Below, piece after piece: positions 11,651-25,080 of a stretch of DNA of 64,000 nt (position 1 is its first letter; each line of letters starts with the position of its first letter). Made by a program: the position numbers and the translations under genes. Location of the stretch: contig NC_045697.1 of assembly GCF_009834535.1 (NCBI RefSeq), positions 113,152,001 to 113,216,000 on the forward strand. Direction: 5' to 3'. This DNA comes from Camelus ferus (Eukaryota). The notes under the pieces are model-generated. The model worked only from the letters and a program-made list of their open reading frames with translations. It was not told where the DNA came from and did not search any database.

Positions 11651-12418
11651 GAAAAGAGGTTAGAAAAACAAAACAAACAAAACTTGTCCTCCCGTTTCTT
11701 CTCAACGTGATTTCCATCCCCAGTGCCTCCAAGTATGTATTGCACACATATGCCTTATCTTCAGTTACCAGTTGTCAGGTACTTCAGGCCACGCACGCAC
11801 ACACACACACAGATTAGGGAGAGGTCCATATGTGTTTGACCATAGCAGAGACCGGAAAACGGTGTATTTATTGTGCATTTTACAACTGAAAACGGTTATG
11901 TGACAGTCCCAGTATCGCATGTATGGGGACAAGTGCCAGTCCCGTAAGATTGGCCTGTATCCCTTGGGAGCAAGGCTACTTGTAAATGTAATTTCTGGGG
12001 GCAGCAAACACTAGCTGTTATCCCGGAGGTCAGAGAAAAATTCTTGTGGCCTTTTCCTGCTAAATGTTAGCATTTGATACTCAGGGGATCCGTCTAGATT
12101 GTTATTGTATCAGCCGAAGGGCCATCCGAGAGCTCTTAGACCCAGTGCGTCCTCCTTGGCCGTGTTAACGATAGGCAGTGTGAACAGGCCCACGGGGTTC
12201 TGCAGTGAGTGAGGACCAGGTGGAAGCGCCAAGCAGGGGAGCCTGGAGAGGAAACAAAAGCTTGGTTGGGAGACTTTCTTCACTCCAGCATCTGTGCAGT
12301 GAGGTACCACCCATGACCACAGGAACTCCTAGCCTCCCATCCCTGCAGTTACAGCAGACGCCTCCTTCCAGTACCATTGGACGTAAAACAGCTTCCAGAT
12401 GAACCCTACTGTGACGAC

Positions 12419-12961
12419 TGTCCACGAGTGGGGGAAATGTCCCCCGTCCCTGTCTTGAGTTCTTGGGGCTGGAGTAATAAGAAAGTTGGCACAAGACACA
12501 TTAACAGGAGAAATAGAAACACATTTTGATTACACACAAAGAGGTCTCATAGAAATGGGACTTAGGAAGTCGGTCAATGAGGCAACTTTTACACTTTCTA
12601 GACAAAGAAGGAATACATTTGTGAGGATTTGATGGGACAAAGGAACTTAGGTTTTGGTTTAGTAAGGAGTCTAAACAGAGTTTGGGCTTGGGATAGTAAA
12701 TTAAAGAAGTAACAAGGCTTGTTTGTAAGCCTTGCAGCAAAGCTTCTCTGTCCAAACTCCCTATCTCTGGCAGTAAAGGTGTCCTACCTCCACATGCAGG
12801 GAGTGCGCCTTTCACGTGGGAGATTTATTCTCTGTTTTCTGGGAGACAGAGCGGGAGGGTCAGAGTTTCTCTCTTGCACTGGTCATTTCTTAAGTAACTT
12901 TAATTTTAAATAATCAATATGCCACTGTGGCATATTTTGAAGCCCACCCTGAGACCCAACA
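12419..12961 (-). mobile_element. Solo LTR, MER34-like (ERV1)
   Basis: Minus strand starts TGTTGGG...CAAAATATGCCACAGTGGCATATTGATTATTT, recalled as the MER34-family signature; left boundary approximate. Confidence 0.7.
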
Positions 12962-15759
12962 CCATCTTCCAAAAAAAAAAAAAAAAAAAAAAAAAAAGGA
13001 AAAAAGTAGTTTATGCTATAAACTTTTGTATATTAGAAATACAGATGAATTGTATTTTTCACTTTTCTACAAAATAGGCTTTTTTTTCTTTTGATGGAAT
13101 GAATCTTTAGGTTGAAGCAACTATCATTATTAGAGTAAAAATAAAAGAACAACATGTTTTTGAGATGAAGATTTTGGTTAACCCACCCTTTTCCTTCTCA
13201 CCACACACACAAATGTGCAAGTTTCAAAAAGGAAGTCAGAATTTCTTCTTTAAAGACACATTTGGTGCACATGGAGTGAACACATTATTAGAAATCCTTT
13301 TTTTGAAGAAATTGTCAATTTGAAAATTCCAACAATGTGCCGCACAAACAGGAAAATATCAGGACAAGTATGTTTTTCCCTTCAAATTTCCCAAGAGGGA
13401 TTCAAGACTAATCACCATCACTCTGCAGGACATGATAGAGTAATTTTGTTTCTGTCTGAGGGAGTAACATTTTAGCAGAGGGAGAACAACCTCTGGGAAG
13501 AGAACTAGTAATGTCCACCCCTGTCCTATGTTTTTTTTTTTTTTTTTTTTCCCCACTCACTATTCAGAAAATGCTCAGTTGGGAAATTAAGTTGGATTTC
13601 ATCTGTGTTACAAAATTAAACTGGCTATTTCCCAGTTCTCATGTTTCTTTAACAGTTATGGAAGAAACCATATCTATAAAGGTAAAAGTTAAAATTACTG
13701 AGGACTCCTAAGACAAATTATTGAATGATAAAACACTCTCCAGACAATGTGTGGGGCGACATTTCTCTGAGGAAACTCTGCTGTTTTTGTCAAAGTAACT
13801 GCTACATTTTAGTAATGACTACCATCTGGGAAAGACAGTTACTAAAGCGCTTTGATATCTTCTCAAATGATACATGATCTTGATATGTTAGTTATAGGAA
13901 TAGTGGGAGTAAATAAACTAAAGAAAATACTATTATTTGTTGCACTTTTTTCTCTGACAATTTTTGTTATATTCATTAAGAGTAAACGTTTCTTTGTCCA
14001 CTGTTTCTGTCATGGTAAGTTTAAATCTTTAATTCTTAAATGGTATGGAAAGGGCCATTTTTATATGTTAAAAATACTTTTCTGATGCTCATTGCTGCAT
14101 TGATTTCTTTGAATAGTAATAGTTTGTCACATAATCAATATTTAGGCTTAAGGAACTAACTTACAATTGTGAGATGCATGTATTTTTTAAAATAACAAAA
14201 GCTATTAAAAAAAAAAGATAACTCAAAGTATTCGAATGCATAGAGTCATTTTCCCAGAGATTAATGTTCATTTTGAGGAGCTGAGGGGGATCTATAAACA
14301 TTTCACTGCCTTTTTCTGACCAGCACCGTGCTACTTAAGCAAAATTTTATCTTTCTTTTTGATGCGCTAATGATTACATCATTAAATATAGAGCAGTGAA
14401 TGATTCCAGAGGGAACGTACAGTTCTTTTAATTTTTTATGTTAAAAATATATATACACTTATGTGCAATACACACGTATATAGTTAGACAATCACGTACC
14501 ATATACCTATTTGTTTGATGGATGTTTGTCGTAACACCTGGATGCAGCCAGGTTTTATCTCAAATTAGTGATGTGGCTTTAGGCCACTTGATCTTTTTAG
14601 TCTTTACTTTCTTTGCCTGCCAAACAAAATATTCTGACTAGTAGATCTGGCACCCACTTTGGCTTGGAATACCTCTGATTTTATGCCATTAATAAGCACA
14701 TATTACAGACATATGGGTAGAAAAACAGCCTTTTGGATCTTCAGAAAAATTTGATGGCCATAAACTTTGGCTGTTTCCCCTTCATATTAGGAGAACTAAA
14801 AAAAAAAAAAAAAAAAGAAAAAGAAGAAAAATATTTTTGATGAAGTTTCCCATTATTACTGCATATTCTTTTCCCTGTAGCTAGTAATAAATATATAATA
14901 TTTATTATTTGATTCATTCTTTTAAGAAGTTGTGGGTGTCTTACAACAAACCATTCTTTATCTAATTATATTATTTTAAAATTTTTATTGCAAAATAAAT
15001 AATGAGGGAGAGCATGGATTCCTTTGGAAACACAATATTCTATCATGTAAGTTCATATACAGATCATATATTCTTCTCTTTTGTAGGTTAAAACTCACAA
15101 AAAGTGTTGTTGACAAGTATCACCTCAATGTCCATTTCTCAGTTAATTTTTCATGGATAATATTTTAAATCTAGTTATAAGTCTAAATATAGCTTTGCTA
15201 TATTTAAGTGGAAATGAAAGGGAACCAGTTTATTTATGTATTTCTGGTATGTTGGTTTGTTTTGAATGGCCTTTAAAAAGAATGTTTAGAGAACTGTTCA
15301 AAGCATAAGCTCAGAATCAGAAGTGGATATGATTGAATAATATGCTCTTCAAAAATGCATCAGTTACCACAGTCTTAATCTCATCATTTTCACAGGTAAT
15401 CCAGCTTTTAAAATTATAGTATTCAGTAGGTAGAAAAAGGTAAGAGACATTTTCTCTACTTGACATTATATGCATTTTCAAAGGCAGTAAGGTCAATTAT
15501 TTAAGCTTACATTTAATGGGGAAAACAGAATCAACACATAAGGCAATCCAAAACTATAAGAAGAATCAGCAAGAGGAGTATAGTTGTAATAATGTATAAA
15601 ATGCCTACATGTATACATGCATTACGTGTGTGTGTGTGTGTATGTGTACAACAGTAATTCACCATGGCTACAAATGCTGAAGATTATTTTAAAAGGTTTG
15701 AGATGAACAAATAGATTTGATTTGTGATGTTCATAATTTATTTAGTCCAATCCTATTTC

Positions 15760-17650
15760 TTGTTCTTCAATCCCCCAACAGAACTGTTTTCAGTATCTTA
15801 TTATACGCCAGATATTATTCCTGGCTCTGTTTTAAGAGGTGAAAAAAAATAGTCACTGCCTTCTAGAGATCATAGTGTAGCTGTTAATCTGTATGAATAT
15901 ATAGTGACTGCAATACAGTGTGAAAAATTCTAGGTTAGAGATGAATTCAGAGTGCATAGGAGGGCAAACTCAGCCGGTGGGGGGGAGGGGGGCGGGGCGG
16001 GCGGATTTGGGAGATGGAGAGAGATGTATAAGACAGGACTTCATAGTGGAGAAGATCCTTGAACTGAAGTTTGAAGAACTGGTGGAACAAACCAGCAGAC
16101 CGAGGGGGTGAGCAAGTAAGAAGGGGGGAAACAGCGTGAAGCTGATGGAGTAACATTCAGAGAAGTGCAGACAGTGCCATTTGAAGTGTGCAGGGATGGG
16201 CAGAGGATGACACTGAAAATGTTAGAAAGGACATTGTTTGCACTTTGGGTAAAGGATCTGGAGAGCACCTAGAAGATTTCAGCTGAGCGGTGATATCACT
16301 GGACTGCTGCGAAAGTAGCTGGTGGCCAAGAGACCATTTAGTAGAGAAATAAGCGGACCTTGATGGATGTGAAAGAACACATTTTAGATGTATTAGGTGG
16401 TGAAAGCAGTGAGAATGTGTGACCAATTCCCAACTGACCAATTGAATTTGAGACCAGTTGAATCTGAGAGTGCAAGAGAGGGAAATATGAGGAACGATTT
16501 TCAGGTTCCAGCTTGAGGGGTAGAGAAGATGTTACTGGCTTGCATAAGGTCCACCAGCTGTGAAGCACATTTGCCAAGGAAGCTTGGGAGGGGTCTGTAC
16601 TTCACATGGAGATTTAGGATTACAAACAACATATAAGCATGTGATTGATGGCAGAGGGTATGATTAAGCTTGAAAGTGAAAGGAGATTAAGAATGAGATC
16701 TCTGGTAAATCTGGGAATTTCAGGGCTGATCAGGGAAGAGACAGGACTAGAAAGGCAGGACACACAAGCCTTATTTGGGTGGTTCTGGACAGGCTTGCTT
16801 GATAAGGAAGCTTCTCCCAGCAAGAGATCTTCCAGAGACAATAATGTGGACTACCATTCAGAAGGGGGATGGGACAGGGGACCCCTGGGAAGAAGGAGAA
16901 AACAGAGAGGGGCTCAGTGTTTAGGTGATGTCACTTGGTGGCAAGTTGGGGAGACTTGGGTCAGAGGGCTCTGAAGGGCGGCAGCGGATCAATGTCTTTT
17001 TAGAGTTACAGGATTTGTCTTACTGAAGGTTAGCAGATGTTGGGTGCAATTTCTCAGAGTATTGAAATTAGGTCAGCTCTAAATGGCTAAAATTATCTTT
17101 ATCTGAATTGCATTTAAAGCAATTAGATGTGTGAGAATTTGAGATGAATGCCGTCCGGCATGGGTGTCCTGGCCAGCTGAGAAGAAGTCAACATTATGGC
17201 GACCACTTAAAGCTAACAGACAGGGACCATCTCTGGCCCATTGATACAAAAGGGTCCGAGGGAGAAAAAAACCCTAAGAAGGAGGTGGAGACAGCAGATC
17301 CTGGGGAAGAAGACTGCGCATAGCCAGTAAGAAAGAGAGCCATCTGAAGTATAGTTAGTGAGGTTCAAAGAAAAGGAAGATTCCAGTAGAGGATGGTGAA
17401 GGGAGTCAAATGCAACTGTAAAGACGTAATAAAGTCTTAACTGTGTCCACTGGTTTAGCCATTGGTGTCCTGGGCAGAAGCAAGTCCCAGCGGATCATCT
17501 GAGGAACAATGAGAGGGCAGGAAATGTACCTTAATCTTGGAGGAGTGACCAGGAAAGAGGAGGTCGCCAGAGAGGCTATGACATGAGTGAGAGTGACAAT
17601 GAGGAAGTGCGAGTGATTTTGTTTTGCTATTTTTGCCTTCAGTGTTGAGC
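15760..17650 (-). mobile_element. Ancient fragmented L2 LINE (possibly interrupted at ~16780-17190)
   Basis: Degenerate L2 3'-end pattern at 15765-15880 followed by purine-rich L2-like sequence; boundaries approximate. Confidence 0.55.
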
Positions 17651-19255
17651 CTAGAAATGTGAATTGTTGAATCAACAGGTGTTACAGTTATGTGATTGTT
17701 GTGTAACAAACCTCCCAGAAATTAGTGGCAACACAACCACTGGTGGATTGAGTGGGTCCGCCCCTCAGGAAAGCACAATGACAATGGCTGGTCTCCATCA
17801 CGTGGTGTTTGGCGTGCAGCTGGGAAAACTCAGTGGGCTAATGTCACTCGATGCGTGGAGGCTGAATCAGCTGGGCTGGGGGATCTGCTGCCAAAATGAG
17901 GGCTGTGAAAGGAAATAAATATGCTATGGCTTTTACTCCCTTCAGAAGGAAGAAGGCATTCACTGAGTCTTGAGTGTATGAGGCAGGAGCCTGGGAGAGA
18001 GGGTGGCAATTTGAAATAGCTTCTTAGAGGAGCAGAATTGGGTGTCACCCAAGCCCAGGAATTTCTGAGTAATATTTAAAGCTCAACTGAGGTTCTGAAT
18101 TTGTAGTTGCAATAATCTGTGCAGTTGAGTTATTTTCACCAATGTACTCTGCTAGCAGAGAGTGGTAGCCAGGCAGGTCCCCAGGGTGAGAAGAGTCAGG
18201 TTATATCACAGACCAGACTTGGCACCGTGGTCTCTTTCTGGCTTTGTATGTGTCTGGGGAAAGAAAAGCAACAGCTAGACCTTACACAAAGGAATGACTA
18301 AGGCATAACCACCTAAGAAAAGTGATTCCTTGGGAAATCATACCGCCTCTGCACCTCTTTGTTAAATGATTTATGTTCACGTAAGGAATCTTTTTCTTAT
18401 CTTTGGGAAAAATTGCCCTGTCTCAGGATGGGAAATAGCTTTATATCAAGGGGCCAAGTCTGATCTGCTGCTGTGCTGTGTTGTGAAGGGGTCTAATGCC
18501 AAACCTGAGGTTTCCGGGGTCGGGGTAGGGTTGGAGGGGCACTGCGGCAGGATGAATGGAGACCTTTTTCACGGATGGTGGAAGGTCAATCAATGGTGGC
18601 ATCCATATTTGCCCTTCTCACTAGCTATTCCTACTCCTCTTTGAAGGGAGATACGAACAACTGGTAATATAATCAAAACAACAATATGACAATGGCAAAG
18701 CTCTTTTCATTTTACCATGCAGTAAATACACAATATTACACTTTTGTAAAATAATATTACACATTTGTTGAAGGTTGAAAGTGTGTCTAACAAGATGAAA
18801 TCTGCATGAAAATGTTTGAATATTTACCAAATAATTTTAAGATCTTAGTCCTACAGATTCTATTCTGACAGAGTTTTAAAATGAATCTCTAAATTTGTAG
18901 CCTGTGTAACCAAATGAGAACGTTCTTGAAGTGCATTCTCATTTCCAATCAAGAACAAATCCATAAATGATACTTGGTGTCTTCTACACAAGGAAGACAG
19001 ATGGATTGTCTATATAATTGTATACTAAGATTATAACTCAATTAACTGTCACTTCTTTCTGCTAGTTAATTGTCTGAAAAAGACAGCTGAATGAAGTGAT
19101 CACATTGACTATTTGAATGTACTAACCAATTTAGTCAAAGTTCTTTACCTACTATGTTTTATTGGTTCTAAGATGAGGACCTTTAAGAACATTGTAACAC
19201 TCTAACTTTGAGATTCATTTACAATTGATTGTATGTCATTGCTTTACTGGAAGCA

Positions 19256-19816
19256 TTTTTTAAATTGAAGTTTAGTCGATTTACAATGTTGTGTTAATTT
19301 CCAGTGTACAGCATAATGATTCGTTTATGCATACATATACATATATATATATATATTCCTTTTCATATTCTTTTTCATTATAGGCCATTACAAGGTATTG
19401 AATATAGTTCCCTATGCTATACAGTAGGGCCTTATTGTTTATTTATTTTTCATATAATAGTATCTACAAATCTTTAAATCTCAATTTATTCCTCCCCACC
19501 CCCTATCCCCCCGGGTAACCATAAGTTTGTTTTCTATGTCTGTGAGTCTGTGTCTGTTTTGTAAATAAGTTCTTTTGTGTCCTTTTTTTAAGATTCCACA
19601 TATAAATGATATCATATGGTATTTTTCTTTCTCTTTCTGGCTTACTTCACTTAGAATGATCATCTCCATGTCCATCCATGTTGCTGCAAATGGTATTATT
19701 TCATTCTTTTTCTGGCTGAGTAGTATTCCATTGTATAAATATACCACATCTTCTTTATCCAGTCCTCTGTTGATGGACATTTAGAATGCTTCCCTGTCTT
19801 GGCTTTGTAAATATGC
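19256..19816 (-). mobile_element. 5'-truncated L1 3' end (ORF2 C-terminus + 3'UTR)
   Basis: ORF 19481-19780 contains KKNEIIPFAATWMDMEMIILSEVSQKEKEKYHMIS; near-identical to 48401-49222. Confidence 0.92.
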
Positions 19817-21242
19817 ACTTAGTATCTCTTAAAGGTTCATTTCTTCCCTCAAAAAACAAACAGATTGCAGTTATTGGTGCTGGCTTACACTTATATTTAT
19901 CTTTAAAACTTCTGCTTTAAAAGTTGCAACTGACTGTTCACTTAAGAGTGGATTAAAAAACGTCTTCAACACACATCTTCTGAGGAACTCAGATTACTCT
20001 TTAATGCTTATCTTCTGAGTAAGATTACCTGGTTTATTTTAAGTCTTCTGAGGTTATATTATAGGAAGATCTTATGTTGTATTTGGTTATTATACTATAA
20101 CTACATTTTCTAGTTTACACATTTGATAGACTCTTTAGTAAATGATATTCCTAGACAATTGTATAAACTTGCTGTTTTTGTTCAAAGTTTCAAAACTTCT
20201 CAAAATCTGACATGGAAAAAAGTCTTTGAGACCAATGGTCATTCAAAGATTGGTACTGATATTGATATTAATATCTCAAGAATGCAGCTTTGCAAATTTG
20301 CCTGGAGAGGCACTTTATAAAAATGAATAAGATGACAAAATACAAGGTCACAGTAATTCAGGCATTCTTGCAGACACTCCTTTATTAGTATTCTTGGAAA
20401 ACATGGAAAGGAAATGATCTAATGAGTCCAAATTATATTCTTAAATACAAAATATTTGCTGATATAGCAAAAATGTTTACATAAAATGTATTCTTTTTAG
20501 AGAATTAAATTATTTTATTTGTAATCCTTGCAGCAGATTAAAAATAGCCAATTTGATGATCAAGACCTTGGGAGTAAATTTGCTTCTATGAATAGAATGT
20601 GACTTAACAGAATGGAGTAAACACAGAGTGAACATAAACCTAAATGTGTTATTGCTTTTTAAGTGGTTGAAATTCCTAAATTTATGCCTTAGATTTTCAT
20701 CCTTGGTTTAAAGAAAAAGAAAAAGAAAGAAGGAATATATATATCTACTGTTTTACTCTTTTGTCATTAGTGGTGTTTTTAAAAATATATGTTTATATCT
20801 ACAATTAGAGTACACTTATACAGCCATGCTATTTTAATTCTCAGTCATAATCCCTTTCCAACTTTTTAACATTATATCAAATGACAAATGTTTTAGAAAG
20901 CTTTCCTGGGGTGGGGAAGGGGGTAAGAAAAAACAAGAGATCATGACCATCACCATTTATATAAATAAATGAGTTATAGTTTCTGTTGAGCTTTAAATAG
21001 TATTTATTCAGCCTAACAACTAGAACAATAAAACATTTTCCAATACAGTTCCAGTGATTCCATTTGTCTGGGAATTTTGTTTTGTTTTGTTTTTATTTTA
21101 AAGACAGAATGCAATCACAGTTGTTATGTAGTAAAACTTGTATGTGTCTTCTAGACAGTGTCCTGTATCTTGATTAGGAAGACTTTCTATTATTTGACAG
21201 TTTGATTTGGAAGACATTGTATTCATCTACATCAGTAAACTC

Positions 21243-21288
<46 letters not shown>

Positions 21289-21294
21289 TGTGTG
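21243..21294. repeat. (TG)n(AG)n compound microsatellite upstream of the NPY1R promoter
   Basis: Direct reading. Confidence 0.9.
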
Positions 21295-21679
21295 TCCTAC
21301 ACAACTTTGGCTTCTCTAAGTAGACTAGAATTGTGTAAACATCTGAGATTAGTGTATCAGCAATGAGCCTGAATCATCAGGCACTAGGACGGCTTTGCAC
21401 CATCAAAGTACATTCTGTTCTGTTCTTCCTTCATACTATTCAGCAAGGTAGTGGATTAAGTACCAAGGAAATGGCACTGACTCTCAGTGACCAGCGGGAA
21501 AATGTTCTGCTCCTCGTGCTTTCCTGAAAGAAGTAACGGTGCTGGGGACAAATAGGACTCAACGCATTTTCCCAGTAGAGGGAAAAAGGACTTTTTTAAA
21601 GGCCCGTCTATTTCACCCGGGTTCGCTCCTTTTGCCTTTTTAAGGTCTTCTTTTGGTTCACAGTGTAAAATGCAGGGAA

Positions 21680-22740
21680 AACTTGGCCTGGCGTAACTGA
21701 CATCCCAACGTCACAGGGGAGAGCGAGGGAGGCAGGGGCGGCGCACTGGCAGTGGGCTTCGCGCCCCTTTCCCCGAGCCGGGCTGTTGCTCCGCCGCGCG
21801 CACAGCTGGCGCGACCTCGGCCGCGAGGTGGCACCGACCACCAACGACGGCACGCGGGCACGACCTCGCCGCCCGGCACCGCGCCTCCCTCCCGGCCTGG
21901 CCGAGAGCCGAGCGCCGAGCGCCGAGCGCGCACCCCCGGGCCGGGCGCGCGGTCCGACAGCGCGCGCATCTCCCGGCTCGGCCTCCCGAATTCCCCGGCG
22001 GCCCAGGCGCGTCCGCCGAAAGGGGTGCGGGGGGCTGCGGCGCCGCCCGGGGCCGTCACGTGGCTGGGACGAGGTGGAGCCCGGCTTCAGGGGCGGCTCT
22101 TCCCATCCTCACCGATCTTTAGAATTTGAGCCGGAGAAACACCCGCGATCTTCTCTCCGCGCTCCGTTCCTCTCCACGACCGCCCTTCCCGCTCTTAGAA
22201 ACCGGCTAAAAGACGGATCCGGCAGAGAGGGTAAGTTTCAAGTGGACATCTTTTCGGGGACTTACTTTTGGGAAATCTTTCACTGATGGGGTGAAGGATG
22301 AGAGAGGAAGAAAAGGCACGCGAGTCCCGAAATGGGCTCTGGGGAGCTGTGGGCGCGCAGGCAGCCTTCGGTTCGGTCCCCGCGCTGGTGGTTGGCGAGA
22401 CGCTCCAAACCACCGGCCATCTGGGACCGCCTGCGGTGCGGGGCCGACCCCGGTGACCCGGCTTCTGCACGGGATCCGAATTCTCCTCCTCGAGTTCTCG
22501 TGAAATACGGTCCTCCCTGCTTCGCAAAGATGTTTTGGGCATCTTTCCGAGGCTCCGCGGGGCGGTTACGCTGGGCTTTTGCGGAGGAACGCGCCGCTGG
22601 GACGGCTGAGGGAGGCGGGTTGGCAGGTCCACCTTCGCCCCGCGCGCGGCACGTGTCCGCGGACACCCGTGGGCGCCCCGCACGCTGGCTGGGTGGAGCC
22701 CTGCTCCGGTTTGCTGGTCCCTCCAGTCTGCGCTGCGCCC
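21680..22740 (+). promoter_or_regulatory. NPY1R: CpG island: NPY1R proximal promoter and non-coding first exon ending at 22230
   Basis: CpG-dense; CRE half-site CGTCA 21709-21713; E-box GTCACGTG 22055-22062; donor GAGG|GTAAGT at 22231, ~6 kb upstream of the acceptor at 28203; second donor-like GTAAGA at 22834. Confidence 0.85.
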
Positions 22741-23035
22741 TAGGAGACACCCTGAGCCTTTCCCCCTCCTTCCGAGTTTTCATCATCTAACTCTTCAGCT
22801 CCTTTTACTCCTGTGATGGTGGAGCCCGGCTGGGTAAGAGATTGCGGATGGACTGGAGATGGAGGTGGCCTGAGAGTGGTCCGTTGATCCCCAGGTAGAC
22901 TGGAGAGAGGCGACTGTTTTAAGGACTGCTGTTGGGCCAGAGTGAACCGAGTTTGGGCTCTGCTTGTTTGATTCTGATTGTTGTGGGTGTTTTCTGATTT
23001 GCCAGTCTCATCATTATGTCCCCCGAAAGATGGGT

Positions 23036-23038
<3 letters not shown>

Positions 23039-23080
<42 letters not shown>
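23039..23080. repeat. (GT)21 microsatellite in the NPY1R first intron
   Basis: Direct count. Confidence 0.97.
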
Positions 23081-23081
<1 letters not shown>

Positions 23082-24419
23082 GGAGTGTGGGGGAAAGGGA
23101 GTGCTAGGAACGAGGAAAATTTGGGGCGAGTCACTTAGTCACACAATATGAAAAAGGTGGGCGCGTCAGCGTTCCGACAGGAATTTTGATTTAACACATT
23201 CCGTTTGCTCTTTGGTAACTCCTGAAGCACAGGGAAAACCTAGGGGCGGGAAGAGGGAGGGAGTGTGCTTTGACACCTCCCCCACCCCCACCCCCTTTTT
23301 TTAAAGAGCTCTCAGATTAACAATTTCCACCAGGACCCTAGGGAAAGTGTAACAGGAGGAAGCCCAGGGCTTGCCTGGCTCTGCCTGAACGGGAACCCCG
23401 GCCCCGGGAGCTGTCAGTCCCTGGATTCCAGGCTCCTTCCTTGGAAGCAAGAGAGAGCAGAAAGCTGGCGGCACAGTTCCCCACCCGTGACTAAAGACTG
23501 AGAGCTTTTCAGTGGGTAACTACTGCTTTATTCGTCTTTTCTTATTGTTTTAAGGCTGCTGTCTGTTGAGCAAGCCTTCCTGGAAGGGAAAAGAACAGAG
23601 AATTATGTAACCCGTGTCGATAAACTAGCAGTAACTTTGGGAGGATGCTGTACCAAGGCTATCATTTGTTTTCCAAAAACAGGGGAGATGAGTGACTAGT
23701 TCTGAGCATATGAAGAAAGGTATCTGCAGCAGGTTATGACCGGAGAGCTGTGCTTTCAGGTAGTAAGAGGAAGGGTCGAGGCCAGCATTCTGATTGAAAT
23801 GGAGAAAGAAATTTCCCTTTGGAAGGGGGCCAGTTTGCCAACTGGTGATACATATATGCAGTGTGTCCGTTTTGTCTCTGAAGGCACAAGACAGCTATAT
23901 TGAAATATAACCACCTTTAATTTTTTTCAGTGTCTGTCATTGCATGCCTTATCTTAGAAATATACATTGGAATAGTAAATATCAAATCTTTTTCTTTTGC
24001 AAAGGTAATGTATGTAAATTCTTTCTCAATATTGTTATTTTCTCACATTCTGGAGATTGTACTAAGGTAGGCTGAGAATACATATTGTATCCAATGCAGA
24101 CCTGTTTTACCCAATTAGAATGACATGCACTTAGCAAAAACGTCTTCCAAATACATTTAAACAATAAAGTTTGTATTTTCCTTATAGTGAAGTTAACTTC
24201 TACTTAATGAGGAACCAGCTTTTCCTCACGGGAGATGTCTAGCAAATAGAATTCAAAGGTATCCAAATAGGGTTTCAGTATATTTAAACTAAACTCATCT
24301 GCAAGAAAGATTTGTAGCCCATAGATTGTAATAATTTAATAAATGTTTGCGTTAGTTCCCATATGTGTTGAATTTTGTCAGTCGGTCAAGAGATATAAAC
24401 TGTTTTTCTTCCTTTGCCC

Positions 24420-25080
24420 TGCTAACACCTCCAGTCTCTCTCACCTGGATTATTGCACCAGCCTGTAAAGGAGTCTCCCTCTGTCTGCTCTCTCCTATCT
24501 TCAGTCTTTGAAAACAACTGTGAGAGGAATAATCTGAAAGCAAGTCAGAGAACTTCATGCCTTTGCCAGAGCCTCTCCAGCAAGTCCTCATCTGTCCCAG
24601 ATGCAAGGTTAAAGGCTGTCCCATGGAGACAGGCGCCCACAGTCTCTTTCTCCTCTGTTTACCTTTGCAGTGACTTCCCTATAGTCTCTGCCTTATTTAT
24701 TCTGCTCCTCATCTGTCTGACACAACAAGCATCCTTTCTTCTTACGGATCTCACATTTGTTCTTCCCACCTGGGGCGCATCCCGAAGGTATCTGCCTGAC
24801 TTCCTCCCTCAAGGCAAGGCTCACCACCATCTCCCCAGGCACTCTGAGGCCTTCCCTGCCCCCCAGTAACAAGCTGCACCCCCTAGTCCCAGTCCCCCTT
24901 CCTTGCTTCATTTTCCTCCATGGCACTTCCTATCCAACACCCTATCTCTTCTACGGATCCATTTGTCCTTGTCTTTCTGTGCCCACAAGACTAGACACTC
25001 AACAGGAAGGTCACTGTTGTCTCCACTAAAACCACACATGACACAATGTCCTGCTCAATAAAAATTGAAGTGTGAATGGA
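24420..25080 (+). mobile_element. Ancient L2 3' fragment
   Basis: CTCTCACCTGGATTATTGCACCAGCCT... ending in TGCTCAATAAAAATTGAAGTGTGAATG, a typical degenerate L2 tail. Confidence 0.65.

Noticed and set aside
10402..11745. 447-aa ORF and overlapping ORFs in the CpG island
   Set aside because: Low-complexity P/G/R/A translations open in many frames, typical of GC-rich promoters
21608..22790. Cluster of 125-168 aa ORFs on both strands
   Set aside because: Same CpG-island artefact; no recognisable domain
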